Assembly: GCA_051362555.1 (NCBI GenBank) | Contig: CM120643.1 | Location: 5,828,001 to 5,892,000, forward strand | DNA from: Lingula anatina | Taxonomy: Eukaryota; Animalia; Brachiopoda | Length of the DNA stretch: 64,000 nucleotides | Direction of reading: 5' to 3' | Shown here: positions 63,644 through 64,000 of the stretch, in pieces | How positions within the stretch are numbered: position 1 is the stretch's first letter | Layout of the letters: every line of letters starts with the position of its first letter | Translations under genes and position numbers: made by a program | Notes under the pieces: model-generated | What the model was told of the DNA's origin: nothing | Databases searched by the model: none | The model's input: the letters and a program-made list of their open reading frames with translations, nothing else

Positions 63644-64000
63644 GTTTATTAAGGCCAGTACCACAGTCCAACGAATACAATATCCAACATGGCGACTGTG
63701 GAAGGACTGAATTCACACTAGCGACACCTGGCGCCAAGCGGGCTGGTATTCCTCATTTGAGCAAATGGAGCATTTAAGGACCTTCGCATTAAGAGCAATT
63801 AGGTCCTACCACTAAAAGTATAATAAACAAACTTGAAAATATTCTAAAGTCAATTTTGCCTTCACAGCATCTAGTACCTGTACTTTACTTTTATAGACAG
63901 CGCAAGAGACTGCGCTAGTAGGCTTGGGGGGGCCTATATTAGATGCGCTAACTAATTTATTTTCAAAAGGTCTAATTTTTTTCCTCAATTCCAAGTATAT

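Overview
AT-rich, intron-containing animal genomic DNA, most likely a marine lophotrochozoan such as a mollusc (inferred from the repeat landscape, not proven). Two intact protein-coding genes are supported. One is a single-coding-exon orphan class A GPCR (+, 1627-2721). The other is a two-exon mitochondrial FASTK/RAP-domain protein (-, 25118-23168 joined to 22638-22511, 692 aa); the ORF track misses its second exon, which completes the RAP domain. The rest is dominated by transposon material: hAT, Kolobok-type and Tc1/mariner-type MITEs with TIRs/TSDs, Helentron-associated (HINE-like) repeats, LINE fragments, a solo LTR, minisatellites and a three-level nested insertion. Most notable: (i) an 11-copy 44-bp CRE/E-box array upstream of the FASTK gene, split by a 616-bp insertion with a 9-bp TSD that carries a perfect NRF1 site; (ii) a 46-58 kb patchwork of short fragments from many unrelated transposon families, all on the + strand, with minus-strand splice signals at 57.7-61.7 kb, resembling a uni-strand piRNA cluster; (iii) three tRNA-like Pol III modules in tandem; (iv) a candidate 53-aa microprotein. 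Family assignments are by motif recognition only; no searches were run.
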